Positions 19,245 to 28,896 of a DNA stretch of 64,000 nucleotides are shown here, piece by piece (position 1 is the stretch's first letter; the number at the start of each line of letters is the position of its first letter). The DNA is from a phage. The stretch is taken from the NCBI GenBank assembly GCA_011939005.1, contig GCA_011939005.1_4858.1, one strand, 5' to 3'. Below the pieces are notes generated by a model that saw nothing but the letters and a program-made list of their open reading frames with translations, did no database searches and was not told the DNA's origin. A program made the position numbers and the translations under genes.

Positions 19245-21029
19245 ATGGAAATCAATACCTATTACGCACCCGAGGATGTCATCGCTAAAGAGTGCAAGCA
19301 CGTCGCTTATGCGACGGACGAAGAAAAAGAAAATGACTTTGTCCTCATCAAAGAGGTCATCCATACTAAGGATGGCAGGCTTATCCCGCGCTTGGTAATG
19401 CGTGAGAATTTAAAGCGTCCGGTGTACGTTACCCGTGAAGAATATCGTAACCACCAGGAGAAAAAAGAGTTCGAAGAAAAAGGAAAATGTCAAGAACTCT
19501 GGACTACTGATGCGCAGATGGCGAAGACGTTGCAGATGGGTTTAGGTGCACGTTTCCCTGACCCGAAAAAGAACCTGCGCCGAGTCTGTACTAGCCCGTA
19601 CGTTTATTGGGCCGACTTACCGATTACCAGCTGGATTAAACAGAAATACTTAAAGCGCTGGCCGAACAATATCAGTCCTAACCGTCTTTGCGTATACGAC
19701 GTGGAGACTAACGAAATGGACGGCACGAAGGAACCGTGGATCGTGTCATTTATCTTAGACGATGAAATCCATTTCTTTGGTGCTAAGAACTACATGGACC
19801 GCATCGGTAAAAACGCGGAAGAAGTCATTCTCAAAAAAGCGCAGGAACTCTTAAGCAAAATCGAATTCGATGAGAAAGACAAAAAGACTGGCGAAAAGGT
19901 GACAAAGACCAAAGACATTATCAGCGGTTATAAAATATTCACCTATACCTGCGCTACGGCAGGGCAGTGCATCGTCAGGATGTTCGAAGAAATTCATCCA
20001 CGTCTTCCTGATTTGCTGGTCGCATGGAACCACCAGTTCGATATTTCACGCATGTTGGAAACCTTGCAGAAAGAAGGTATCGATCCACTGGGCGTCTTTA
20101 ACCATCCGGATGTTCCGGAGAAATACCGTCGTCTATGGTTTAAAGAAGACCAGGCGAACAAAAAGACAGAATCCAAGTCACTCACCAAAGCACCGTCACA
20201 ACAGTGGCACGTACTCTACTGTACTGCGTCTTTCTACTGTGTGGATGCCATGGTGCTGTTTCGTTCGTTGCGTGTCCACGAAGGGCAACGTCCTTCGTAC
20301 AAGTTATCTGCCATACTGTACACCGAACTCGGTTTACACAAACTCGACATTCCTGGACTGCCGTATGAAGATAACCTGCAATGGCACATAAAAGCACAAC
20401 GGGACTACCCTGCCGAATATGCCGTATACAACATGATGGATAACTTGTTAATCGTGTTGCTGGATAAGAAGACGAACGACCTGTCTTCAGCAATATCCAT
20501 TCTGGCAGGTTTCTCAATGTACGATATCTTCCCGTCGCTACCAAAACGTATCTGCGTGGCCTTTACCTATTATCTGTATGACAAAGGATACGTCATCGGT
20601 TCCGTAGGGTCTGCAATGCGTAACGATTACGATGAAGAGGTTATCGGTACAGACGGTTGGATTGTTACCCTGACAGCATGTATGAATGCTGAGAACGGTC
20701 TGAATAACATTCTGGAGGAGATTGACGAATATTACTCTGCGTTCCGTGGACAAACTGCGGATGCGGACTTAACCCAGGCTTACCCATCGGCCACAAACAT
20801 GATGAACCAGTCTCGTGAGACCACACTCATTGAGCTGCTATCCATCAATGGGGTTAGTGAAGAGATTCGACGTCGCACGGGCGTCAACTTAACTGCTGGG
20901 CGAGTTAATGCCATGGAAATAGCGACAGACTTCTTCTGCTTACCGGACAAAGACACTGTCCTGTCTACGTTCTTACGTAAGCAAGGGGAAGTAGTGACAG
21001 AGCCTATGGAGTACATCTGCGGGTTCTAA
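19245..21029 (+). CDS. DEDD-type 3'-5' exonuclease domain protein
   Basis: Exo I-like VYDVETNE, Exo II-like WNHQFDISRM, Exo III-like YAVYNMMD in correct order. Confidence 0.5.
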   Translation: MEINTYYAPEDVIAKECKHVAYATDEEKENDFVLIKEVIHTKDGRLIPRLVMRENLKRPVYVTREEYRNHQEKKEFEEKGKCQELWTTDAQMAKTLQMGLGARFPDPKKNLRRVCTSPYVYWADLPITSWIKQKYLKRWPNNISPNRLCVYDVETNEMDGTKEPWIVSFILDDEIHFFGAKNYMDRIGKNAEEVILKKAQELLSKIEFDEKDKKTGEKVTKTKDIISGYKIFTYTCATAGQCIVRMFEEIHPRLPDLLVAWNHQFDISRMLETLQKEGIDPLGVFNHPDVPEKYRRLWFKEDQANKKTESKSLTKAPSQQWHVLYCTASFYCVDAMVLFRSLRVHEGQRPSYKLSAILYTELGLHKLDIPGLPYEDNLQWHIKAQRDYPAEYAVYNMMDNLLIVLLDKKTNDLSSAISILAGFSMYDIFPSLPKRICVAFTYYLYDKGYVIGSVGSAMRNDYDEEVIGTDGWIVTLTACMNAENGLNNILEEIDEYYSAFRGQTADADLTQAYPSATNMMNQSRETTLIELLSINGVSEEIRRRTGVNLTAGRVNAMEIATDFFCLPDKDTVLSTFLRKQGEVVTEPMEYICGF

Positions 21030-21080
21030 AACAAAAAAAGAAAGGCCTCTCTACCCTAGGGTAGAGAGGTACTTTTATTT
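21030..21080. terminator. bidirectional intrinsic terminator
   Basis: CCTCTCTACCCTAGGGTAGAGAGG palindromic hairpin with A-run before and T-run after, between convergent genes. Confidence 0.75.
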
Positions 21081-21579
21081 AACCGCCAAAGGCGTGCATA
21101 ACCAGCGAACGCAGGTCCGGGTCGTTCAGGCGACGGGCCAGGCGGTCAACATCGTTGGTATCACGAAAACGGCCTTTATCGGCGCAACGTGCGTAACGAA
21201 TCAGCATGTTAATAAAGATAACGAAGACTTCACGCTCGTCACGATTCGGGAAGTTCTCACTGATACGGTTATTAGCAGCCGGTGCGTAGAAAATACCGTT
21301 ACGGTGCTTATTAGCCGCTTCTACAAAGGCGTAGAAACCGTCCAGGAAGGCCTGACCGCGCAGTTTAAACAGCTCACGGAAAGAGTGATGCAGCTTATTA
21401 TACGCATCTTTCTCAGCCTGGGTACCAGATGCTTTGCGTGGACCGGCATTGTTACCTGCTTCATCGAGCATCGTGGTGATCAGTTTAACACGATATTGGT
21501 CGTCGTTGCTGTAAGAAGCGCTATCACGGACCACGCCTTCTGTACGCGGGTCAAGGGTAGTAGTGTCTTTCTTAGTCAT
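21079..21579 (-). CDS. hypothetical protein
   Basis: ORF track start 21654 overlaps upstream gene; ATG at 21579 with AAGGA upstream preferred. Confidence 0.45.
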   Translation of the reverse strand: MTKKDTTTLDPRTEGVVRDSASYSNDDQYRVKLITTMLDEAGNNAGPRKASGTQAEKDAYNKLHHSFRELFKLRGQAFLDGFYAFVEAANKHRNGIFYAPAANNRISENFPNRDEREVFVIFINMLIRYARCADKGRFRDTNDVDRLARRLNDPDLRSLVMHAFGG

Positions 21580-21592
21580 GAGGAAACAATCC

Positions 21593-22891
21593 TTAGGTGA
21601 TGTGGAATTTAGGGATGTACTCTTTAACCACGGTTTCACGACCGTGCATCGCACCCATTGCAGTGGTCATAACGTTCGAGAAGCCGGAAGAGATATCCGC
21701 AGCGATTGCCCGTGGCTCTTCTGCTTTGTGTGCAGAGGAGCACGCCGCACAACAGTCTACGTGACCTTGCTGACATAAGATGGGTCGGCGGAGTCGAACA
21801 ACTTTACCAAATTGAGTTTTCAAATACTCTTCGGTGAGTTGGGTAACTTTACCGTTAACCATCGCGTTCATGCCAACATAACGCTTGTAGTTATACTGGT
21901 TAATTACAACTGCATGTGTCAGTTTTGTCCCGCAATCACCAGGTACGATTTTGTGGTTCTGGAAGATCATCTGGATGATACGTACTTGCTCACCACCCTT
22001 AGCGGTTTCTGCACCACGCATGAAGGAACCTTCACGAGTGTCATTGAACTTCTCTACCAGGTACTTCATCCCGGTCTGATCAACTTCCATCAGACTCGTT
22101 GGGATTAAGGTAAAATCTGCACCTTCTTTAAAAGCGGTCTGAATACCATACATCAGCATCAGCTTACGGCGACGCATACGCGCTTTAGGCGAGCTGTAGA
22201 ACTCAACGGACTGGTCGCCACTCAACCACTCTTTATCAAGTTCGTCGAGAGCTTTTTCAATCATAACGATAACCGCAGGGTTATCCAGTTCGTCTTTGTG
22301 CTTCAACAGCAACGCATCACGTACCTTATACGCGTCAGGATGCGTTGTAAGGCTTCTAATTGTTCCTGTTGGGACAATCCCACGACACAACGGAGCAAGC
22401 TCGTGTAGACCCCCTACAAAGCGTCCTATCATGTACGGTCGAATCGCGTCTTCGTTGTCTGGATCGGTGTCATCATATTCCACACAACGCTCATACATCT
22501 CTTTACGGTAGGCTAGTGGGTCACGAGACTCTGCCAGATACGGGAGACGGGTACCGAAAGCGTAATAGATAGCAATCCAGTTAAAGACATAGCGACCCAC
22601 GGTAGTCGGAATGGGACCAGCTAAACCTGGGTACATCTCAGGACGCAATTCAAACTGCTCTTCCGGCACGAACAGCCCTTCATCTTTTTTGCACCCTTCA
22701 ATCGGCACCCATTTAATTTCTTCGTTTTCCCAGTAGTGGGGCAAGCCGTCAATGTAGTTCAGGTCGTATTGCTCAGGTGGCTCACCTTTTTCATTAAAGA
22801 TAGCCACGTTGAAAACCGCAATACGCCACACCAGTCTACGCCAAGCTTCTGCTTTACACGCAGCGACCAGATAATCAATCTTGTTCATCAT
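21593..22891 (-). CDS. hypothetical protein (432 aa)
   Basis: ORF. Confidence 0.5.
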   Translation of the reverse strand: MMNKIDYLVAACKAEAWRRLVWRIAVFNVAIFNEKGEPPEQYDLNYIDGLPHYWENEEIKWVPIEGCKKDEGLFVPEEQFELRPEMYPGLAGPIPTTVGRYVFNWIAIYYAFGTRLPYLAESRDPLAYRKEMYERCVEYDDTDPDNEDAIRPYMIGRFVGGLHELAPLCRGIVPTGTIRSLTTHPDAYKVRDALLLKHKDELDNPAVIVMIEKALDELDKEWLSGDQSVEFYSSPKARMRRRKLMLMYGIQTAFKEGADFTLIPTSLMEVDQTGMKYLVEKFNDTREGSFMRGAETAKGGEQVRIIQMIFQNHKIVPGDCGTKLTHAVVINQYNYKRYVGMNAMVNGKVTQLTEEYLKTQFGKVVRLRRPILCQQGHVDCCAACSSAHKAEEPRAIAADISSGFSNVMTTAMGAMHGRETVVKEYIPKFHIT

Positions 22892-23759
22892 CTACCTCCG
22901 CGTCCCCACTAGCGTATATGACTTTCAACGCTTCCAATCCTTTCCGCAAGATTTCTCCAGGCGGGACGTTGTCGACGTTCAACAGGGCAAGGTTCTTTTC
23001 TAAGTCACCGTAAGCCCCATCAAACTCCGCATGAGGAATAATCGATAAGCCCACCGCATACATCGTCAGCAAATCAATTTCGCTAACATCTTCTACGCGA
23101 AACTCTAACGACTGCTGCACCACCGTTAAGTCTGGCTCAGCAGGCAGATTCATAAAGACAAACGCTGACGGGTTCTCAGGGAACAACCGCAAGTAAGCGA
23201 CGATACGCTGTTGACGCTCGTCGTCGCCGTTTCGTTTCTGGCTTTCCAACGACTCTGCTGCTAAGAAGTTCTCCATCACGGTAAGCACGCGTGGGCTGAC
23301 AACAGTAATCAGGTCTTCGAAGTGCAGGTTTTCGTCACCGTAAACATAACGACACATGTTCTCCAGGATATACTCTGGTGTCTCACCAGAGGAGACAATC
23401 CCGTAAAGGGCATCACTGTCTTCGAACTCTTCGAAGGCTTCCAACACACCGTGAAGGATACGTACGGTTTCTTTCGGTTTCTGGAAGACGATTTGTGGAT
23501 TAAGTCCGATACCGAGGCGGTTGCCTAATCCAACCGCTACCTTCACGATAATGGATTCCAGACGGACAGTTTCGTCCGCGGGGTCAGACAACGGGTTGCT
23601 ATAAACATCGGATAACGCCACATCGTAACCGTAATCCATACCGAGCGTCACTAAATCTAGCATCGGTGCTGCACGACCTTCGTGACGGTTGACTGTCAAT
23701 ACAGCCGCATAGTCGGTATAAATATCAATCATGGCTCTGTTCCATAGTGAAAAGGGCAT
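22875..23759 (-). CDS. hypothetical protein (294 aa)
   Basis: ORF. Confidence 0.5.
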   Translation of the reverse strand: MPFSLWNRAMIDIYTDYAAVLTVNRHEGRAAPMLDLVTLGMDYGYDVALSDVYSNPLSDPADETVRLESIIVKVAVGLGNRLGIGLNPQIVFQKPKETVRILHGVLEAFEEFEDSDALYGIVSSGETPEYILENMCRYVYGDENLHFEDLITVVSPRVLTVMENFLAAESLESQKRNGDDERQQRIVAYLRLFPENPSAFVFMNLPAEPDLTVVQQSLEFRVEDVSEIDLLTMYAVGLSIIPHAEFDGAYGDLEKNLALLNVDNVPPGEILRKGLEALKVIYASGDAEVDDEQD

Positions 23760-23773
23760 TCATACCAAGGCGA

Positions 23774-23806
23774 ATAAAAAAAAGAAAACGGGGCCGAAGC
23801 CCCGAA
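23774..23806 (-). terminator. intrinsic terminator, UUCG loop on minus strand
   Basis: A8 then CGGGGC-cgaa-GCCCCG on plus strand, downstream of 23813..24184. Confidence 0.65.
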
Positions 23807-23812
23807 TTTCTA

Positions 23813-24184
23813 TTAATGTCCCGTCAGATCTTTCTCCAGCTCTTTTAGCGCACGTTCACCTGCCACCTGCTCGCCGGCTTTGGCGATAATCGCTTTGCGA
23901 CGACGGATATTGTCGAGCATCAGCAGTATCTGCCAGCGGGGGCGGTCGAGGAACTCGTCTATCGACATCCGGTAGTTTTCACCGACCTCTTCACGTAAGT
24001 AAGTGGCGTACCAGATATCGTAAAGACTACCGTATACCGGGTTTTCAAAATCCGACAACCCTACCTGATGGTCGCCGGTATTAAGAGCCAGTGTACGGTC
24101 ATACGCTTCCAGAAGCTCGTTATGGGCTTCCTGATACGTAATAGGACGTGTGCTACGCTGCTTGAAGAGAGAGGTGGTATCCAT
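23813..24184 (-). CDS. hypothetical protein (123 aa)
   Basis: ORF. Confidence 0.5.
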   Translation of the reverse strand: MDTTSLFKQRSTRPITYQEAHNELLEAYDRTLALNTGDHQVGLSDFENPVYGSLYDIWYATYLREEVGENYRMSIDEFLDRPRWQILLMLDNIRRRKAIIAKAGEQVAGERALKELEKDLTGH

Positions 24185-24228
24185 CTTGAGCGTTGTAATG
24201 ATTTGCTCGGACGGAACGTCTTCCTGGT

Positions 24229-26199
24229 CTAGCCAATATCGGCGTATTGATCCAGCAAGAATTTCTGAATCTCGGACACCACTCGAGAGAGCACGAAAAA
24301 AACCCTGTCCGGTGAGATGGTAACAATACCACGATACAGACCGTCTTTCTCGCCGTGTGTTTTACCGCACGCCGGGCAGCGTTTACCCATGTAACCGAAT
24401 ACCGCTAAACGTGTACGTTCGTTGTATTCAGCAATTGCGTTTTCAAACTGACCAACGTAGATACGGTCGGAAGACAGCTCTTCCAGCATCTCAACGATTT
24501 TCGCTGTGTCGGTTTCAGTTTGTGGGATAACCTGCATTTCACCGTTTACTTCACGTTGCTCATTAACAGTGATAGATTTCACCATGTGAGCGTAGCGCGT
24601 TAAGCGACGGGCTTCCGCAGTTAAACGCATATGGGATTCACGTTCACGCTCGGTAGCAAATTCAGACAGCGCTGCCGTAGTTGACGCGTTAACGTCTTCA
24701 ATCCACTTCTCGGTGGAGTCAAAGAAGCTACCCAGGGTAGAACGGCCAAATTCAACACGCACGTCGTGGTATTCAAATACCGAGGATGGGTCAACCTGAT
24801 GCGCCGCGATATATTCGCGCTGTTCAGCAATAGAAATCACTGGACGCTCAGTACCGCGTTGACGTGCCCACAGTTGTTTCTGCAGGTCGCTAAACAGACC
24901 GGAACCGAAACGGATACAGCGTGCGATATTCAGCTTCACATCTTCCTGCTGGTTGCAGCCGTCTTCGCCACACATCAGCGTCCATGGAATACCAGACGGC
25001 CACTTCGCCTGCAACGGACCCAGAATAACCAGCCAGTAGTCAGCCAGATCAATGGTATCCAACAGCACAGTACGCAGATCGTTACCCGCACAATCGATGG
25101 TTGCTTCGGTAACAAACTGAAGTGCGAATTCAACCATGTGGCGCATGTACACGCCAGAAGACGACGACAGCATCAATCCGTAGGTCTGCATACCGATGGT
25201 CGCAGTTTCCAGCGTTAGACGCATGTCGAAGTCACAAAGGTCACGTTCATGCGGTGCGCGGAAGCCCACGTAGATACCTGTGGCCGGCAACCAAACCATG
25301 TTCGGAATACCCGACTTACGTACACGACGCAAAGCAGCCAGCGCGCCAGTGTGCATATTGTCACGCGGTGCAATAGCACCAGATGCCTTGCCGTCCGGCA
25401 ACATCACGCGCTGTTCCCAAGCGGTGTCACCACGGTCCAGTGCACCAGCGAATGCCGGTACGCCGTCCTGTAGACGTGGCGGTGTCATGTTCAAAGCGCG
25501 ATAGATGTCGTCGTAAACCTGTTGCTGTTCAGGGCTTTCGAATAGCAGCCGGCCGTCTTTCGGTGAACGTTTAATATTACCGAGGAACTTTTGCAGGGAG
25601 TCTGCAATGATGTTAGGGTCTTGTTTCAGACCAATCAACATCTTCGACTGTGTCAGAATACGATCGGCTTCATCTTCACCCATTTCGGCGGTTTCAGCTA
25701 AATGGGTATTACCGAAGTCAATCTCACGCATCTGTTGTTGTTCCGGAACCTTCGGTGCTGCATCTTCCATTTCTTTTACAGCCGGCTGTGCCGGTGCAAC
25801 CGCTTCCGGAGCTTTTGGCTGCGGAGCAGGTTCTACCGTAGGCGCTTTCTCTACTACCGGTTCCGGGGCACGATGTAGGTGCTCCTGCACCTGTTCAGCA
25901 AAAGTCTGAGGTGCCGGTGGTACAGGCGCAGCAGGTTCAGGCAACGCCTCTTCTACAAACGTCGGACGCTCAAGCTTAGGCTCCGGACGATGATAGTGTT
26001 GGTGATAAACTTCTTCTGCACGGGCAAAAGAAAAATCGGGGTTGGCTTGTTTAATAGCCATGATGATTGCATCCGAGGTCGCGTCATCAGGCACGGTCGG
26101 AAGAATCATCTCTTGTTGGGTAGCAGCCGCCACAGGGGCTGGCTGGTCGGGATTAGGGCGACGGGCATTACCCGGACGCTGATCTTGGATCTCAGACAT
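24229..26199 (-). CDS. hypothetical protein (656 aa) with Pro/Ala/Glu-rich N-terminal low-complexity region
   Basis: GAGGAA Shine-Dalgarno; PEP/APE-rich repeats near N-terminus; CPACG near C-terminus. Confidence 0.55.
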   Translation of the reverse strand: MSEIQDQRPGNARRPNPDQPAPVAAATQQEMILPTVPDDATSDAIIMAIKQANPDFSFARAEEVYHQHYHRPEPKLERPTFVEEALPEPAAPVPPAPQTFAEQVQEHLHRAPEPVVEKAPTVEPAPQPKAPEAVAPAQPAVKEMEDAAPKVPEQQQMREIDFGNTHLAETAEMGEDEADRILTQSKMLIGLKQDPNIIADSLQKFLGNIKRSPKDGRLLFESPEQQQVYDDIYRALNMTPPRLQDGVPAFAGALDRGDTAWEQRVMLPDGKASGAIAPRDNMHTGALAALRRVRKSGIPNMVWLPATGIYVGFRAPHERDLCDFDMRLTLETATIGMQTYGLMLSSSSGVYMRHMVEFALQFVTEATIDCAGNDLRTVLLDTIDLADYWLVILGPLQAKWPSGIPWTLMCGEDGCNQQEDVKLNIARCIRFGSGLFSDLQKQLWARQRGTERPVISIAEQREYIAAHQVDPSSVFEYHDVRVEFGRSTLGSFFDSTEKWIEDVNASTTAALSEFATERERESHMRLTAEARRLTRYAHMVKSITVNEQREVNGEMQVIPQTETDTAKIVEMLEELSSDRIYVGQFENAIAEYNERTRLAVFGYMGKRCPACGKTHGEKDGLYRGIVTISPDRVFFVLSRVVSEIQKFLLDQYADIG

Positions 26200-26812
26200 T
26201 AGCCGCTTCCTCGGTTTCTACTACAACGTCGTTGTGATCGACGATGGCGTTTTTAGGGAGTTCTTTCGAATTATTAGCCAGAGCTTCAGCCAACAGAACC
26301 TCGGCTTGTTCCACGGTATGACCGTTATTCAGCGCCTGCTTCACGAACTTCACTTTCGCGTTATACGTGGAGAAGATTTCGATACTGGTGCCCTGAATAT
26401 CCATCGCAAGCATGTTTGCCCGCTGGTCAATCAGGGACAGTTCGGTGTGGTCGACGTGGAACTGGTCTTTGATTTCTTTCCACGTTTTGCTGTTATCGTT
26501 CAGCATGTCAAACACCGGCACAGCCTTAGCATCTGCCTCAACAATCAGTTTACCGAACAGCTCTTTGCCTTGCTGACACATGCCAAGGAAAGCCGCCTGT
26601 GCTTCATCCAGCGCTTTCAACGTAAAGGCTTTCAGCTCTTCGTGCGTAATGGCTTCAGTTACTTCACGCTCCCGATCAATTCTGCCTGACAGGAATTCGG
26701 TACTTTCGATAAACACAGCTTGTTTTTTCAACACAGACTGCATCATCGCCTTGACGAAATCGCGGGCGTCTTTACGTGGGTTATAAGCGGGTTTCTTTTT
26801 GCGACGACTCAT
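26192..26812 (-). CDS. hypothetical basic protein
   Basis: ORF track start 26854; ATG at 26812 (MSRRKKK) has AAGGA 8 nt upstream. Confidence 0.45.
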   Translation of the reverse strand: MSRRKKKPAYNPRKDARDFVKAMMQSVLKKQAVFIESTEFLSGRIDREREVTEAITHEELKAFTLKALDEAQAAFLGMCQQGKELFGKLIVEADAKAVPVFDMLNDNSKTWKEIKDQFHVDHTELSLIDQRANMLAMDIQGTSIEIFSTYNAKVKFVKQALNNGHTVEQAEVLLAEALANNSKELPKNAIVDHNDVVVETEEAANV

Positions 26813-26872
26813 CGTAATAATCCTTTTGAAATTAGGGGTTGGGTGTATACACAATATACACCCAAAACGTGA

Positions 26873-27256
26873 TTAACTTGCATCGTGTGGAACAGTCACC
26901 CAATCGTGCCATTTTTCAGAGTAAAGACGATAAGCCATCTTTGGATTCTGATCGACACTACCGGCCGGGTTCTCATTCCACAACACGTACGTATATAACT
27001 CGTACGACGAAATGTTACGGATACTTGACGTGCGGGTGACGTAATACGTCAACCCGCGTTGGTTAAGGAACAGGCCGCTGTAATGTTCAGTGACCATGTA
27101 GTAATGAAACGCCTGGTTGATAGTGGCGTCGGTACAGAGTTTCTTAGCGACGTCTTCTACGCCGGGATACGCCTTTAGAATGTTTTCGAGAAAACTTGCT
27201 AAAGTCATTCCGATGTAGGGTGGCAGCGGCTCTGCTGGACGCGGCGGAGTGAGCAT
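26873..27256 (-). CDS. hypothetical protein (127 aa)
   Basis: AAGGA Shine-Dalgarno before ATG at 27256; overlaps 3' tail of helicase ORF. Confidence 0.45.
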   Translation of the reverse strand: MLTPPRPAEPLPPYIGMTLASFLENILKAYPGVEDVAKKLCTDATINQAFHYYMVTEHYSGLFLNQRGLTYYVTRTSSIRNISSYELYTYVLWNENPAGSVDQNPKMAYRLYSEKWHDWVTVPHDAS

Positions 27257-28847
27257 GTGATTTCCTTACAACGTAGGGGGATGTCGCGATACGGAACGAC
27301 AATACGACATCCTTGAGTGATTTCTGGCGGGCATTCAAGTAATTGCAATGCTTCGGTACGTTATACGCATGGAATAACCACACCGTTGGGTCTATTTCAC
27401 CCCACTCGTTGTGGAGAATCTTACGTGGACGACCAGCCATCTGTTCGTTCAGTTGCTGGTCTTCTACCGGGGTTGAGATGTACATGTGCACCAACCCAGG
27501 TTTATCGACCGCAGTCCCCGCTTTCCCCGGTGTGGAGATAGAGAAGTCTGCTTGGATAAAGTCGTCATACGAATCACCTGCATTATATTTCGACACCATT
27601 AAGGCGTGGAATATAGGGTCACGCGACAACTTATCTTTCACATACTCGGTAAAGAACTCACACATTGCAACGGTTGCAAAGAGTATCAAACATTTCTGAC
27701 CCGGCTGGTACCGCTTAAGAAACGATTTCTCAACCACATCCCAAATCATGTTTGCGTATTCTAAGTGTAAGTTCTCTTTAATCAGTTTCCCTTCGAAGAG
27801 TTTGTGGTTATACGGCGTCATCTTCGACGCCCACCACGCAAACTTCTTATCATCTAAACGGTAGTACAACGCTTTCACGTCGACTACCGGAACGATAGGG
27901 ATACTGATACGGCACTCCATTGGGAAACGCTCCATGTACCGTTCAGCGATAAACGCTTTACTGGAACCAGGAGTTAGCGTTGCAGACATTTCAATACTTG
28001 GTGGCGGGTTAAGCATTACGCCTGCCATGTAGACCAGGTGGAAATGCTCATGTACCTCATCCATTCCCAACAACCCGATACCCAGTACGTCGTAAAACGT
28101 ATCCAAGTCTACAGGGTTTGTTGCGGCTGTGTTAATGTACTCCTTCAGGAAACGCTGTAGCGTCACCGTAGGGAGGATTATCAGCTTAATCCCACGTCTA
28201 TCCAGCTCACCCGATTTACCCATCTCCAGGGCCTCGTAGATGGCCTGCACGCCGGTACAAACCAGCACGCCATCGCGAGATTCCCTTAAGCCCGTCGGGT
28301 CGTCAGTGGTATCGAATATCCACTTCGGAACATAGGTCGGTCGAATGATAAGACCTGTCCTAACGCCCTTCTTAACAACCACTTTCATGAAGCTTTTAGA
28401 TTTCCCGGCTCCGGTCTGGATGGCAAATATCGTCTGCTGTCGACCTGGGGTCATCGCCGCTTCGCTAACTTCGTTCTGATAATAGAAACGTGAGTTAGGA
28501 TCGGTGACCTCGAGATCGAATCCGTAATTATCAAACGTGCACTTATAAGGTTCTGCACGTTCGGGATGGTGCTCTGTCAGCTTGTACTGAAAAGCATATT
28601 CAATTGCTGCCCGTTGGAGGATATGTTTAATCTTCTCAGCGAACACTTTATGGAAAATGAATGTCCTTAAAGACGGAATGTGGGCGTAGTACGCGTCACC
28701 GCGTTCCGTAGTTATTCGTCCATGTTGCTTGCCCATCTTTGGGGCGTGCATATTCTCTTCGGCCCACGCGAGTATGGCCCTTTCAGCCTGGCGGATGGGG
28801 ACTTCAACCCGTACCCCCATACTCGTGTAAGTCATTTGAATTTCTAC
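27144..28847 (-). CDS. SF2 DExH-box helicase
   Basis: Walker A AIQTGAGKSKS, DExH LGMDEVHEH, SAT motif EMSATL, motif VI QMAGRPRK; start moved to ATG at about 28847 because a terminator hairpin lies inside the track's N-terminal extension. Confidence 0.7.
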   Translation of the reverse strand, partial: VEIQMTYTSMGVRVEVPIRQAERAILAWAEENMHAPKMGKQHGRITTERGDAYYAHIPSLRTFIFHKVFAEKIKHILQRAAIEYAFQYKLTEHHPERAEPYKCTFDNYGFDLEVTDPNSRFYYQNEVSEAAMTPGRQQTIFAIQTGAGKSKSFMKVVVKKGVRTGLIIRPTYVPKWIFDTTDDPTGLRESRDGVLVCTGVQAIYEALEMGKSGELDRRGIKLIILPTVTLQRFLKEYINTAATNPVDLDTFYDVLGIGLLGMDEVHEHFHLVYMAGVMLNPPPSIEMSATLTPGSSKAFIAERYMERFPMECRISIPIVPVVDVKALYYRLDDKKFAWWASKMTPYNHKLFEGKLIKENLHLEYANMIWDVVEKSFLKRYQPGQKCLILFATVAMCEFFTEYVKDKLSRDPIFHALMVSKYNAGDSYDDFIQADFSISTPGKAGTAVDKPGLVHMYISTPVEDQQLNEQMAGRPRKILHNEWGEIDPTVWLFHAYNVPKHCNYLNARQKSLKDVVLSFRIATSPYVVRKSHAHSAASSRAAATLHRNDFSKFSRKHSKGVSRRRRRR

Positions 28848-28865
28848 CATGCTGCCCCTCTTCGC

Positions 28866-28893
28866 ACAAAAAAAGAGGGGCGCAAGGCCCCTC
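28866..28893 (-). terminator. intrinsic terminator
   Basis: A7 then GAGGGGC-gcaa-GCCCCTC on plus strand, directly after stop of 28897..31002. Confidence 0.65.
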
Positions 28894-28896
28894 GGT

